From: Octopus sinensis
Taxonomy: Eukaryota
Assembly: GCF_006345805.1 (NCBI RefSeq)
Contig: NC_043007.1
Span: forward strand, 22,878,001-22,942,000
DNA: 64,000 nt
Reading direction: 5' to 3'
In this document: positions 23,501 through 35,352 of the stretch, in pieces
How positions within the stretch are numbered: position 1 is the first letter of the stretch
Layout: each line of letters starts with the position of its first letter
Position numbers and translations under genes: made by a program
The notes under the pieces: generated by a model
Seen by the model: only the letters and a program-made list of their open reading frames with translations
What the model was told of the DNA's origin: nothing
Database searches by the model: none

Positions 23501-26500
23501 TACCGCGTTAATTACAGAATTGGCAACGGCTATACCTTATCGATCGACTACTCCCGGAACACGAATTCGTCTATTGGAATGTGAATTTTTGCAAGAATTT
23601 TGCTCGCTTTACCTTTTTGGATGTTATCGCTTTTGCAAAATTGCTTTTGCTCGTTTCTTTTACTTTTATTGAAATAAAGCTTCTGAATTGCCATTATTCG
23701 TCAAGTCGATTCTTTAAATGCCCACAATTTAAAAAATCTAAAGTTTAGAATTAGTGAATTTAGTTCTAACGTTTGACTCCTTTTGGTTCATTTAAGCAAA
23801 TTTTGGCTGAACTCGAAGCGCAAGTCTATAAATGGCGTGTAAATATTAGTAGTCGAACGTTATACCATGTTGTAGTTTTGATACAATAATCCCTCGACTA
23901 TTTCCGGTGCTACGTTCCAAAACCCCACCGCGATAGATGAAAAATCTACGAAGTAGAAACCTGCTCTTTTTCTCTTCTACTTGTTTCAGTCATTTGACTA
24001 GCCTTGCTGGAACACCACCTTTTTAGTGGAGCAAATCGGCTCCAGGACTTTTTGTAAGCATAGTACTTATTCTATTGATCTCTTTGGTCCAACCGCTAAG
24101 TGACGGACATAAACACACCAGCATCGGTTGTCAAGCAATGTTTGTTGTGGGACACACAATACGGGCTTATCTCAGTTTTCGTTTACCAAATCCACTCACA
24201 AGACCTTGGTCGGACCAAGGTTATAGATGACACTTGCCCAAGGTGCCACGCAGTGGGACTGAACTATGTGGCTGGTAAGCAAGCTGCTTACCACACAGCC
24301 ACTCCTATACCAATATATATATTTTTTGTATTTTATAAATGCAAAGCTTTACGGAGGAATCTACGTAAAATTAGTCAACTGCGATATTACGGTATAGCGA
24401 GATCCTGTCTTCAGACTAGATGTGAAATTTTAGTTGATAGCAAATAACGGCCATGTTAGCCAACCGTGGCATTTATTCACTAGCTAGCACTTCACATTTA
24501 AACACCTGACTAGTTGACTTTTCTCGTACAGGTTGGACACCAATTTAACTATTGAACAGCCTTTGTAGAACGGATTTTTTGGTTAATTTACTCGTAACAT
24601 GACACTAAAATTGAAGGCTTTCGATTGAACTCCTTTTGGCATTATGAAAAATACAATAATATTCCATCGATGTGCATATGGCAGGAATTAGCATTTAGCT
24701 TCCGAATTAGCTACAGGATAAACTGAAATTTACTTTTTCGCTTTACAAAGGCGTAATCTGATGAAAACCAGATTTAAGGAACCTTCATTGTTGCTGCTTT
24801 TAGCTTTTTAAAACAGATGTTCACTTATTTAGGTATGGGTTTAACAAAATCGGTCGTTGACTGAACTTAAAGCAAGTATTACAAATGACGAAAGCTAGTT
24901 TGGTTTTTATCTGTAAGCGGTCAATTTCCACGCTCTAAGACGGTCATGTACTTGCAGAGGAATTTAGGAAGTAGAGGAAAATTTTTTTTTCTCGTCTTCC
25001 TGCATTTAGCTAAGAAATAGTATTTCACGTTTAAGTGATCGTAGTGTTTCGAATTTTAGGTAAGAAATTCATAGATTTTAGTAAATCTTTTTCCGATAAT
25101 GAAAACTTTGCATACTTTTAATCTCTATGCAGGATTCTTTTATGCACCCTTTTCAAGCTTAGCCAGGCTCATGGGCCCGGTTTCTGTAGCGTATGTGGTC
25201 GCCCCAGCTGGACGGGCGTTACTCAAGAATCAGTGAGAGTTAGGGCGAAAGAGTACAACAGGGGTCGCCCCCTGCCGGAGCATCGTGGAGCTTTAGGTGT
25301 TTTCGTTCAATAAGCACACACAACGCCCGGTCTGGGAATCGAAACCGCGATCCTCCGACCGTTTTTGTAAAACCTTTTCGTTTAGTATTACAGCTTAATC
25401 TGCGATGAAATTGCTCTTTCAGTTTAAAATAAATTCCCAACACTAAAAGGAATCTGCATTTAAACGTTTTAATTTATTAGGGAAAGTGGCGAAGAGGCAG
25501 CATCGTTAGCTCCCCGGGTAAAATGCTTAGCGGCTTTTCGCCCATCCTTGAGTTCAAATTCTGCCGAGGTCGACTTTGCTTTCCAACTTCTTCGGGGTCG
25601 ATAAAATGAGTACTACTTGAACACTTAGGTCGATGTAATCGACTTACCACTTTCTCCGAAATTGACCTTGTGACAATTTGGAAACTCTTTTGCCCGGAAT
25701 AATGTTAAAATTTCATCGATTCATACGCAATTCTTATGGGATGTCCACAAATACAACTTAAAATTACACTTATTGCGGTCTGAAACGCACAACAAAACTA
25801 AATATAAAGAAATTTGATATTAATATGTAAATTTAGCTGTTACCTATTTTCGTTTTTTGAAAACGTCTCGACTTTGATCATCCTGTAATTTGAACCAGCA
25901 ACAGATCTGCTCGTCTGATTGCTCTCCAGCCCGGCTGAAAGCAACATATAACTGACTACATTAGTATTGAAAAAAAAAGTAAACTTTGAACGGAGATTCA
26001 TAATTTTCTTTGTTAAAATATAAGAGTAATTCATTTCGTCCATCAGGGTAAAATAAAAGCCACAAATGTATGTACGAATGGATAACCTTTGATTTGTATA
26101 AAAAGTCTGTTACTTTATATTCTCGTTCACACTATATAAATATAGCAAACGGTATTCAGTGGGTACATCGAGCAAGTATCCATTTAGCTTACTTCCAAAC
26201 AACGTGGTTCCGGGTTCAGTCTCACTGAGTGGCACCTTCGGCAAGTGTCGTCTACTATAGTCTCGTACCGACCAAGCCTTGAGGATGTATTTGCTAGACG
26301 GAAGCTGAAAAGCTTGTAGATGTGTCTGTTTCCTCTCACCGTTTGACAACCTGTGTCGGTGTAGCTTACGTCCTCCGTAACTTAGAGGCTCGGCAAAAAT
26401 GATCGATAGAATAAATACCAAGCTTAAAAAATAAGTACAGAGTTCGATTCATCTGACTAAAAATTCAAGGCGGTACTCCAGTATGGCCGCATTCAAACAA

Positions 26501-27461
26501 ATAAAAGCCAATCGAAGCTGCAGAACAAATAAAATTCACCTAACATATCACTCAAGGAAAAAACAAAACCATATGCATGGATTATATGGCCCCAGGAACG
26601 GGGGTACAAAAGCACCTAAAACTTTTAGGGGAGTGCAAAATCAAAACTTAGGTCCCTACTTAGTTTTCTCGTGTTTACAAAACGATGCGTAAAAAGTGAT
26701 TTGTAAAAAGTAGCTCGAAATTAGGTCTCTTCTCAAAGTACAAAAATAAATAGATAAAAAATAAATCCTTTTTGTGTATAAAAAAAAAAGGTACCCCCTA
26801 GGCAAATTTCGTTCCTGAGCGAGTGGAACCATATACACCCTATATTTTATCAAATTCGTGGAACACCTGAATAACATCTAGTTGTGAGCAGTAACTATAT
26901 TACAAAAGCTATAGAAACCTTTCAACGCCAGACCACAAACTGAACATACTTTAGATGGTTAATTAGAATATATTTCAATGCAAACATGAAAGCCAAATTT
27001 TTTTTAAGGCACCAGTTTTACATCAAACATACAGGTAAGGTACTTTCTCGTGAGTTGACTGCATATTTATAAGAATCTATTGCAAAAACTTATACTGTAC
27101 AAATACGAAAAAAACATTGTTTGAAAGCATGTTTGTTCCTTCTCGAGCCATGCCTGGCTCATAAGGGCCGGTTTCCCGGTTTCCTTGGCGTTTAGGTTCC
27201 CCACCTGAACGGGACGCCGGTCCGTCGCAGGTGAGCTGCAAGATGCAGGAGGAAAGAGTGAGGAAGTTGTGGCGAAAGAGTCAGCAGAAGTTTGCCTTTA
27301 CCTTCTGCTGGAACCGCGTGGAGCTTAGGTGTTTCGCTCATAAACACACACATCGCCTGGTTTGAGATTCGAACCTGCGATCTCTCGACCACGAGTCCGC
27401 TGCTCTAACCACTAGGCCGTGTGCCTCCACCTTTGAAAGCATAGCAACCTTTTAGTTAGGA

Positions 27462-28340
27462 CAGTGTTTCCCAAACCTTTTTGCGCCAAATTGCAATATC
27501 GTCCGCGTATCGGCCAAAAAATGCTCCGTAGCCCACCCGTGTAAAAAAAAAAAATCCCTGACACTAAATCCCTCACCAACACCCCTAAGAGAACCCCACC
27601 TATCATTTGACACACACACTACGTCGTAGACTCGTTGCCCTGTTTGAATTAAATATGCATAGTTTAAAAATCCCTTATTGTGGGTTTAGTTTTGCCATTA
27701 GTGTGAATAAAATTCTAACGTTAACTCTATATTTTTCAGACAGATTAACTTCTGGAAACTTGCGCTTTCTTTTACACTGATTTTCATTTTCCCCAAATGA
27801 ATCATTGATCAGAACTACCGATGCAGAAATAATTAATGATTGTATCATAAAGAAAAAGAATAAAACTTTTTAATGAGAACCATGAGTCTGGTGCGATACA
27901 TTCGGTTTCAAACTTGTCAATTTTAGACGCCAGTCTTCTCATTGTGTCACATCCAGTCCAATTCTATTCTGGGAAAGTAAAGTTCCAATATGTCTAAAAC
28001 TAGATTCAACCAGGTGCGAAGTAGGGAAGGCAAGCAAAAGTAATTTCAGATGTTACCGCTGATTGAGGTAGGAATTCAATCTACTTTGATGCTACTACAA
28101 ACCTTTGCTATAATGGCGATATCGCATTGTGGCTTCATTGTCATTTTGTAATGCTATCAATTCCTCCTGAACGTCTTCCTTGCAATCGACTGCATTAACC
28201 TCAAACGGATTGCTATACCAATTTGAAATATTCGGCGCAATAACATCTTGAAATCGCTCCACCATGTCATCGTGCAATGATTGTGAATAGCTGCGATATG
28301 TAGTTAAATCCTCATCAACTAATTCATCTTTCAAAGAACT
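27462..28340 (-). mobile_element. hAT (Charlie/Buster-like) DNA transposon 3' remnant
   Basis: Terminal CAGTGTTTCCCAAAC at 27462. Peptide SLHDDMVERFQD...WYSNPFEV...VQEELIALQND matches the C-terminal region of hAT Buster/ZBED-type transposases. Confidence 0.65.
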
Positions 28341-28776
28341 TTTCGTGGAAGAAGGTTCATGTTCCTATAACCTGTATTAATTCTGTAACCCTTTAAAATG
28401 GAAGTTCATTTTCGGCACTTGATGCTTTGGGAACCAGACAGAAATTGCAGAAGACTAGTATCAAGAGTCGTCCATGGAACAAACATGATGTGCTTTGGTT
28501 TTGAAAGTTATCAGATAACGTTCTACCAGTTGGCGGCAGGTTTTCGTCACATTAAAAAGAAACTAAAAAAAACATAGAGCGATGTATTTCGCATGGAATT
28601 TTTGGTTCTCCAAGTCGACCTACCTTTTTTCTCTTCTTTTTAAGGTTTAATCTGTAAAATTCGACTTGCATGCTGGAAAATACTGTGGTTTTGAGGGTAT
28701 AGCGGCTGCCGTTGGCTGTCCAAGTGCGTGTTATTAAATGGAAAAACAGTTAGTATGAATCACCATAAGACATACC

Positions 28777-28925
28777 TTTGCCGAACCGCGAAGGTATTTT
28801 ATCGCTCTCGATTGGCGAAACGCTAAGTTATTTTATCGATCTCCTTTTGCGAACCGCTAAGTTATTTTATCGATCTCCTTTGGCGAACCGGTAAGTTATT
28901 TTATCGATCTCGAACTGCTAAGTCA
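28777..28925. repeat. Minisatellite with a unit of about 33-34 bp (TTATTTTATCGATCTCCTTTGGCGAACCGCTAAG), about 4 copies
   Basis: Direct reading. The unit resembles the SINE-B segment TATTCTATCGGTCTCTTTTGCCGAACCGCTAAGT. Confidence 0.75.
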
Positions 28926-29974
28926 TTTTAAGATTGGGCACCTTTTGCTCGATTTCAATCTAATTTTCAACATGGTAAATTGGAAGCGGATTAGTAATTT
29001 AAGCGCGGAAATCTAATTTTTTGTAAATAGAAGAGAGAGAGATTGAGAAAGGTGGAGAGTAAGAGAAAGCGATGGAGAGTCCGAGAGAAAGGAAGAGTAA
29101 GAGAGTGGGAAAGTGAGAAAGAAAGGAGAGAGAAACAAAGAGGGAGAATGTGGCGATAAGAAACAGAAAGGAAGCAACAGAAAGTAGCAACCACACCCTC
29201 ACCCGCGCGTAGAGCGGGTCACTTTAAGTTAGTCTGTGTATGTGTGTGTTTGTGTGAGTGTGTGTATTTGTGCGCGTGTGTATGTGTATACCTGAATGTA
29301 ATTTATGCACGTCCACAAATTAGCACGCATGTTGCTCCAATTTTAGGAGGACATTCATCATGATCCTAGCTGTATTTTCGTCAGCTTATTTTCCCCAGAG
29401 GCACCAGCGAATAGCAGTAAAAATAAATTTTCAACCAAAACTTTTAACAATTTTCAAGTCAGAGAAATCACCATTCTTTGCAAACGGGAGTTATATCCCC
29501 TTTTAGTTTTTGCTAAGACTTTTGTTGGGGTTTTTTCCATCGAGGAAAAAGTGTTTTGTTGATATACGGGCAACACACACGAACGTGTATGCGTACAAAA
29601 AACATGTATGCAATAGGCGTACGTATGTGTGTGTGTATGGGTGTGTTTGTGTGTGTGTGTGTTGCCCATATATATATATATATATATAAATGAGGCTTTG
29701 GGTCAAAATTGTGTGCACATTTTGCTATGTCAGAGGTTGGCGGCCAGTGGTCGGATGGAGCTGAAAATTGACACAGGTATAGAAGCTGAAAATTGACACA
29801 GGTATAGAAGGCGTGATGAGGCAGAGAACTGAGTAGGTTAAAACTTGCCATCTGGAAAGCTGCGGTTGATATGGTGAGAAGAGTGATTTTTTTATCGATT
29901 CAAGGGGGCTCTAAGCCTCTCGAGATTGGCATCTAACGCCCAACAGCATGCACTTTGGGCTGTTGTGCTTTATA

Positions 29975-32245
29975 CAGTGATCCCTCGCTAATTCGCGGTT
30001 CAACTATCACGGATTCACAACTTCGGAGATTTTAAAAACATATATATATGAACACCTAAATTTTTTCATTAAATCCATTAAAATATTAATAATAAACATT
30101 ATTTCCTGGTCTAGGAACAACAAAACAAGCGCAAAATAGCAAAAAAGCATATATAGGAGTATTTGAACTTAAGACAGGCTGTGATTGGTGCAATAGAGAG
30201 AGACGACGAATCACAGCTTTTTATTTTGTATTCTGGCCTGTGATTGGTGCTTTGACCGATGCTCAGATCCGCAGCATCATTCCTTGTCTCTCTCTCGCGG
30301 CCATTTCGCTTCAAGCTTTCTCGCCGAGTGGTTTACTGTACTAATTTACGCTGTGCCGTGTATGGATTTTTTTGTTTCTTTGCTTTGAACTTTGCGTTTA
30401 TAATAATAAAGGACGTTACTGTATGCATTTTTACAAACTAAGGACGTTATATAGACCCCCTTGACTCAAGTTAGAGAAAGGGTGCGTATTATACACGAGG
30501 TTTAGGTTTTTCAGAGGTACAGGCCCCTAAAAATCCCCTGCAATGGCTCCCAAGCATGCTGCTTCTTCCAAGGCTGGTACTGAGCCTAAACGCAAACGAA
30601 GATTAATGACGATCGCTGAGAAGGTGAAACTTCTAGATATGTTGAAGGAAGGGAGAACTTTCGCTGCCGTAGCTCGCCATTTTAGCGTGAACGAATCCAC
30701 CGTCCGCTACATCAAGAAGGACGAAGCTAACATTAGGAAGACGGCTGCCATCACATTTAATAAGTTGGCAAAGAGAGTGGTTACGGCTTGTAATAAAACT
30801 ATCATCCGCATGGAAGCTGCTTTGGCCGTATGGATAGCCGACTGCCGAAAGAAGAACATAGCCTTGGATACGAACATCATCTAAGCAAAGGCTAGGAGCC
30901 TGTACGAGACTTTCGCCGCTAAGGAACCTGAGGACGACAGTGGCGACCACGAAGAAGAGGACAAAGACGACGTAGAAGATCCGTAACCAGGGACGTCCAG
31001 AGCTCGCAAGATGGGAGAAATCCGAAACGTGGTCCTTTTGCTATTCGTAAGACCCGCAGAAGAGAGAGCAGGTCAACACCGAAAGCATCGACGGATGGAT
31101 GAATGCGCATCCAGGCTCAGCTGTTGCGTAGGAAGTCGGGGACAAGAAACAAGAAGAAAGAGTGAGAAAAAGTTGGGCGAAAGAGTACAACAGGGATCGC
31201 CACCACTCCCTGGCGGAGCCTCGTGGAGCTTTAGGTGTTTTCGCTCAATAACCACACACAACGCCCGGTCTGGGAATCGAAACCGCGATCCTCCGACCGC
31301 GAGTCCGCTGCCCTAATCACTGGGCCATTGCGCCTCCACTGCTACTTCTGCTGACACGAGCGCTGCTGAAACATAAGTGAATGAAACTTTCAAGAAGATT
31401 ATCTCCGAAGGTGGATATAAGCTCGAACATGTTTTTAATATGGACGAGACGGGTTTGTTTTGGAAAAGAATGCCGTCCCGAACTTTCCTGTTCAAAGAGG
31501 AAGCAAAACCTCTGGCTTTAGCATACAAAGATCGTGTGACCCTCGTGATGTGGGGCATTGCTGCGGGATTTTGTTTAAAGCCAGGACTTATTTACAAGTC
31601 TAAAAACCCAAGGGCTTTAAAAAACAAAAACAAGAATCTGCTACCCGTACATTGGCTGCACAATCCAAAGGCGTGGATAACGAAGATGCTGACCTTCGAC
31701 TGGTTCCACCAGTGTTTTATCCCGCAAGTCAAGGTGTATCTATTAGAGAAGGGCTTGCCATTCGAAATGATTCTCCTTATGGATTAAGCTGGTGGCCACG
31801 CTACTGATCTGTCGCATGAAGGCATTCATATTGAGTTCCTGCCGCCCTACAACACTACGTCACTTATTCAACCAGTGGATCAGGGGGTTATCAGGACGTT
31901 CAAGGCCCTATACACGAGGAATGTCCTGGCGAACCTGGTTGCTTCTGTGGATGCCGCCCAAGAAGACGAAGACGAAAATTTTGATTTGAAGGCATACTGG
32001 CGGCATTACACAATTGCAACGTGCCTTCAAAACATCCAGAAGGCATTGCAAGAAATGAAACCTGCCACCATTAACGCGAGCTGGAAAAATTTGCGGCCCG
32101 AGGTTATTTAGGACAACAAAGGATTTACACCTGCCGAAATCCAACACTCCGCAGTACAGAAAGCTTCGCAGTTGGCTGCGATCATTGGAGGTGACGGCTT
32201 TGCAGACATGACCACGGGAGACATCGACGCGTTATTAGACTGCCC
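29975..32245 (+). mobile_element. Tigger/pogo DNA transposon with a disrupted transposase
   Basis: TA then CAGTGATCCCTCGC...TTCGCGG left terminus at 29975. ORF 30543-30884 has CENP-B-type HTHs (KRRLMTIAEKVKLLDML...NESTVRYI). DDE_1 pieces (VFNMDETGLFWKRMP, LMD, MDQGVIRTFK) lie at 31377-32111. It has stops, frameshifts and a SINE insertion at about 31070-31338. No right TIR was found. Confidence 0.88.
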
Positions 32246-32653
32246 TAAGGCAGCGAGCTGGCAGAACCGTTAGCACGCCGGGCGAAATGCGTAGCCGTAT
32301 TTCGTCTACTGTTACGTTCTGAATTCAAATTCCGCCGAGGTCGGCTTTGCCTTTCATCCTTCCGGGGTCGATAAATTAAGTACCAGTTACGCACTGGGGT
32401 CGATGTAATCGACTTAATCCGTTTGTCTGTCCTTGTTTGTCCCCTCTATATTTAGCCCCTTGTGGATAATAAAGAAACAGTTATTAGACTGCCACGTTTC
32501 TTCTGAAGGAGTACGGAGTAGATATTTTAGAAGGCTCCGGGTTCAAAAAGGAGGTAAAAATGTAGAAGCTCAGAGGTGGGGCTGAGGAAACTTTATTCCA
32601 TTTCTCATCTTCATCTTATCATTCATTATAACACACACTTCTCTTTTCTTTTA

Positions 32654-33165
32654 CCGTAAATCCTCGAGTATAATCCGCATTTTCCCCGCAAAATTTAAAG
32701 GTCAAAATCCCTAGTGCGTACTATATACGAGGTTAAAAATGAAAATTATTTTCTAAGCAATGTCCGAGTGTCTATTTGCTGTCCGGCAATGTTTATTCAG
32801 ATGCATTTTGTGATGAAGGGCGCGAAAATACCTTAAGCTAAGCCTGAAAGCAATGAAGTCATAAAAGAATCATCCATAGCTTGCAGTAAGCAACATTTAT
32901 TAAACGTTATTACTGTTATTTCTTTATTTTCTGCAAACAAAATGCACAAAAAAGCTACATGTTTGCATTTTGTTATATATACAATAATAATAAAGGATGT
33001 TACTGTATACATTTTTACAAACCAAGGACGTTATCTGGACCTCCTTGACTCAAGATAGAGAAGGGGTGCGTATTATACACAAGGTTTAGGTTTTTCAGAG
33101 GTACAGCCCCCTAAAAATCCCCTGCGTATTATACTCAAGGGTGGATTATACTCAAGGATTTACGA
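32654..33165. mobile_element. pogo-type MITE (TIR CCGTAAATCCTCGAGTATAATCC) with TA TSD
   Basis: TA|CCGTAAATCCTCGAGTATAATCC at the left end and GGATTATACTCAAGGATTTACGA|TA at the right end. Confidence 0.75.
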
Positions 33166-33532
33166 TATTTGTTATGTATCCCCACATGTCTTTGTGTTAT
33201 CCTCTCTGTGTTGGCCCCTTGTGGGCAATAAAGAAAAGGGGTGTCAACTCCAACTAGTCTGTGATTGGACGGGTACGACTCGATACCTTATAGAGATATG
33301 TCAAATGATATGAATAAACATTGACTTAAATCAGTTATGGGCAGCCTACGGCCCATGGGATTTTCTGGAAGGCCCGCCTAACAAAAACTACCTTCCAAAA
33401 ATGTTTAGCTGTGCGGTCCACCTGGTGATGCGCTATGTCTAATGCGATCCGCTTCTCGACAAAGGTTGCCCATGCTTGGCTTAAATAGCCAGTGGAAGGA
33501 AAGATGCGGTGAAAGTATCGTAAGATGAAATA

Positions 33533-33885
33533 TTGGGTTGTCCGGAAAGGTCGTGCAGATTTTTAAAGGAAAGAAAAAGGTCTATAAATACTTGCCATTA
33601 CATTTTTAATCAACCAAATATGAACCATTTTGTTGCACAATGCGTCTCCATCTTTCCTTTAACTTGAAAATACCCTTTTCCCAGAACTGAGGTGGTTTCA
33701 TGGCAAAGAATTCATCAAGGTATCTCTTTACGTCATCCAAGGAATTGAAATTTTTACCATTAAGACTATTCTTCAGAGACCTGAATAAGTGGAAATCCGA
33801 AGGAGCAATATCTGGTGAATATGGAGGGTGGGGTAACACATCCCAGCCAAGCTGCAGCAATTTTTGTCTGGCTCCCAAAGCATCA
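33533..33885 (-). mobile_element. Mariner transposon 3' fragment
   Basis: Peptide LGWDVLPHPPYSPDIAPSDFHLFRSL...WEKGIFKLKERWRRIVQQNGSY* contains the YSPDLAP signature. Mariner-type terminus TA|TTGGGTTG at 33531-33540. Confidence 0.9.
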
Positions 33886-34329
33886 AGTGCCGAAAATGAA
33901 CTTTATTATCTTCCATTTTTAAAGGGTTACAGAATTAATACAGGTTATAGGAACATGAACCTTCTTCCACGAAAAGATAGCTTAAATTGTGCTCTAAATG
34001 GAGGTGTTGTCAAATCCTATTTTATGAACTCAATTATGTTCTAAAATAAGTCGAAAGGTTAGCTACTATAAATCGGTAACCCAATACATGTCATGTGATA
34101 AGAAAACAGATGGAAAATAGAAAAGAAAGCAGATGAAAAATTTTATCCACAAATTTTACTTGTTTTACGCATTACTTTAATAGAACGGGCAGGAACTGAA
34201 CTTAAAACTTTCAGTAATATAATTGCAATTCACGGAGGTAATTTTCACTTCACCTGGTCACGTAAAATAAAAACGGGCGGAACAATTTCAAATGGAATCT
34301 ACTCAAATTTGCATAGGTCTTAAACAAGC

Positions 34330-34336
34330 TATAAAT
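34330..34336 (+). promoter_or_regulatory. Candidate TATA box of gene B
   Basis: TATAAAT 46 nt upstream of the MGNQSS ATG (CAACATGG context). This would place the upstream in-frame ATG at 34292 outside the transcript. Confidence 0.5.
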
Positions 34337-34375
34337 ATTGATTGTCAGAGCTCAGCGAGTACTGACGCCAGCAAC

Positions 34376-35308
34376 ATGGGAAACCAAAGTTCACGTAACC
34401 TCGGATCTGAATCGAGCCCAGGACTTCTGCCTCTAACATCCCTTAAGAAAAAGCAGTACCCATTTGAAAATCTAATCTTTGAAGGATGTGGTGCCAAAGC
34501 ATTTGCTTATGCCGGAGCAATAAAAGTAAGTTTATTTTTATCTTCCCCCTTTTCTTTTATTCAATAGTTCTATTTCTAAAATACGCAAACGCTGTCTTCT
34601 TTTAAATTACTCTGATAAATATATTAGTACTTAAATATACAGTTTAAAGCTATCGTATCTTTTTTTCAACTACTGACTGTAGTTTTATATCTTTTTAAAC
34701 TTGAAGCTTCTTACATTAATCGCAATCGCCTTGTTCTCATAAGCTCTTTAGCCACATTTTGTTCTAATAAACACTTCCCTTTTAAACTTCTGGAAATCTT
34801 GCAGGTCCTCGAGAAAACTGGCATTCTCTCTAATATCAAACGATTTAGTGGTGTTGGAACTGGTGCTATCGTAGCCTGTCTTTTGGCCGCTGGTTTCAGT
34901 TGCAATTCTCTACAACAGACTGTCAGTGAACATCTGGAAAAACTTTTGATTGGTAAGAAATGTTTTTGATATTCGTTAATACTGTCACTCTCTCCCTCGA
35001 TAATTTTGCATAGAAAACTTATTGCTTACCTACTCGAATAGGTGTCTCCACTGCAATTGATAAATAGTATTGTTGTATACGTAACTAGCAGTATCGCCCG
35101 GCGTTGCTCTGGTTTGTTTTGACCCTTTAGAATTATAATTTTTGAAAAGTAAAAATTTTGCATTCTGTAGCTTGTTATTCTCTTTTAAGTGAACATTTTT
35201 CTGGTTGCAATATACCGAAAACTGACGACACAGTAGTCAAAAAATCGTTAAAAAATAGGGATTTTCATAGAAAAAAAAGCACCTTTTTGGTGTTAACATG
35301 GTCCGATT

Positions 35309-35352
<44 letters not shown>

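Noticed and set aside
28777-28925. Possible CRISPR-like array
   Set aside because: The units are adjacent without unique spacers, derive from a SINE, and the context is eukaryotic with no cas genes.
34292-34375. Upstream in-frame ATG extensions of gene B (34292) and gene C (51691)
   Set aside because: They are not conserved between paralogs, lie upstream of the TSS implied by the TATA boxes, and would mask the shared MGxxxS start.
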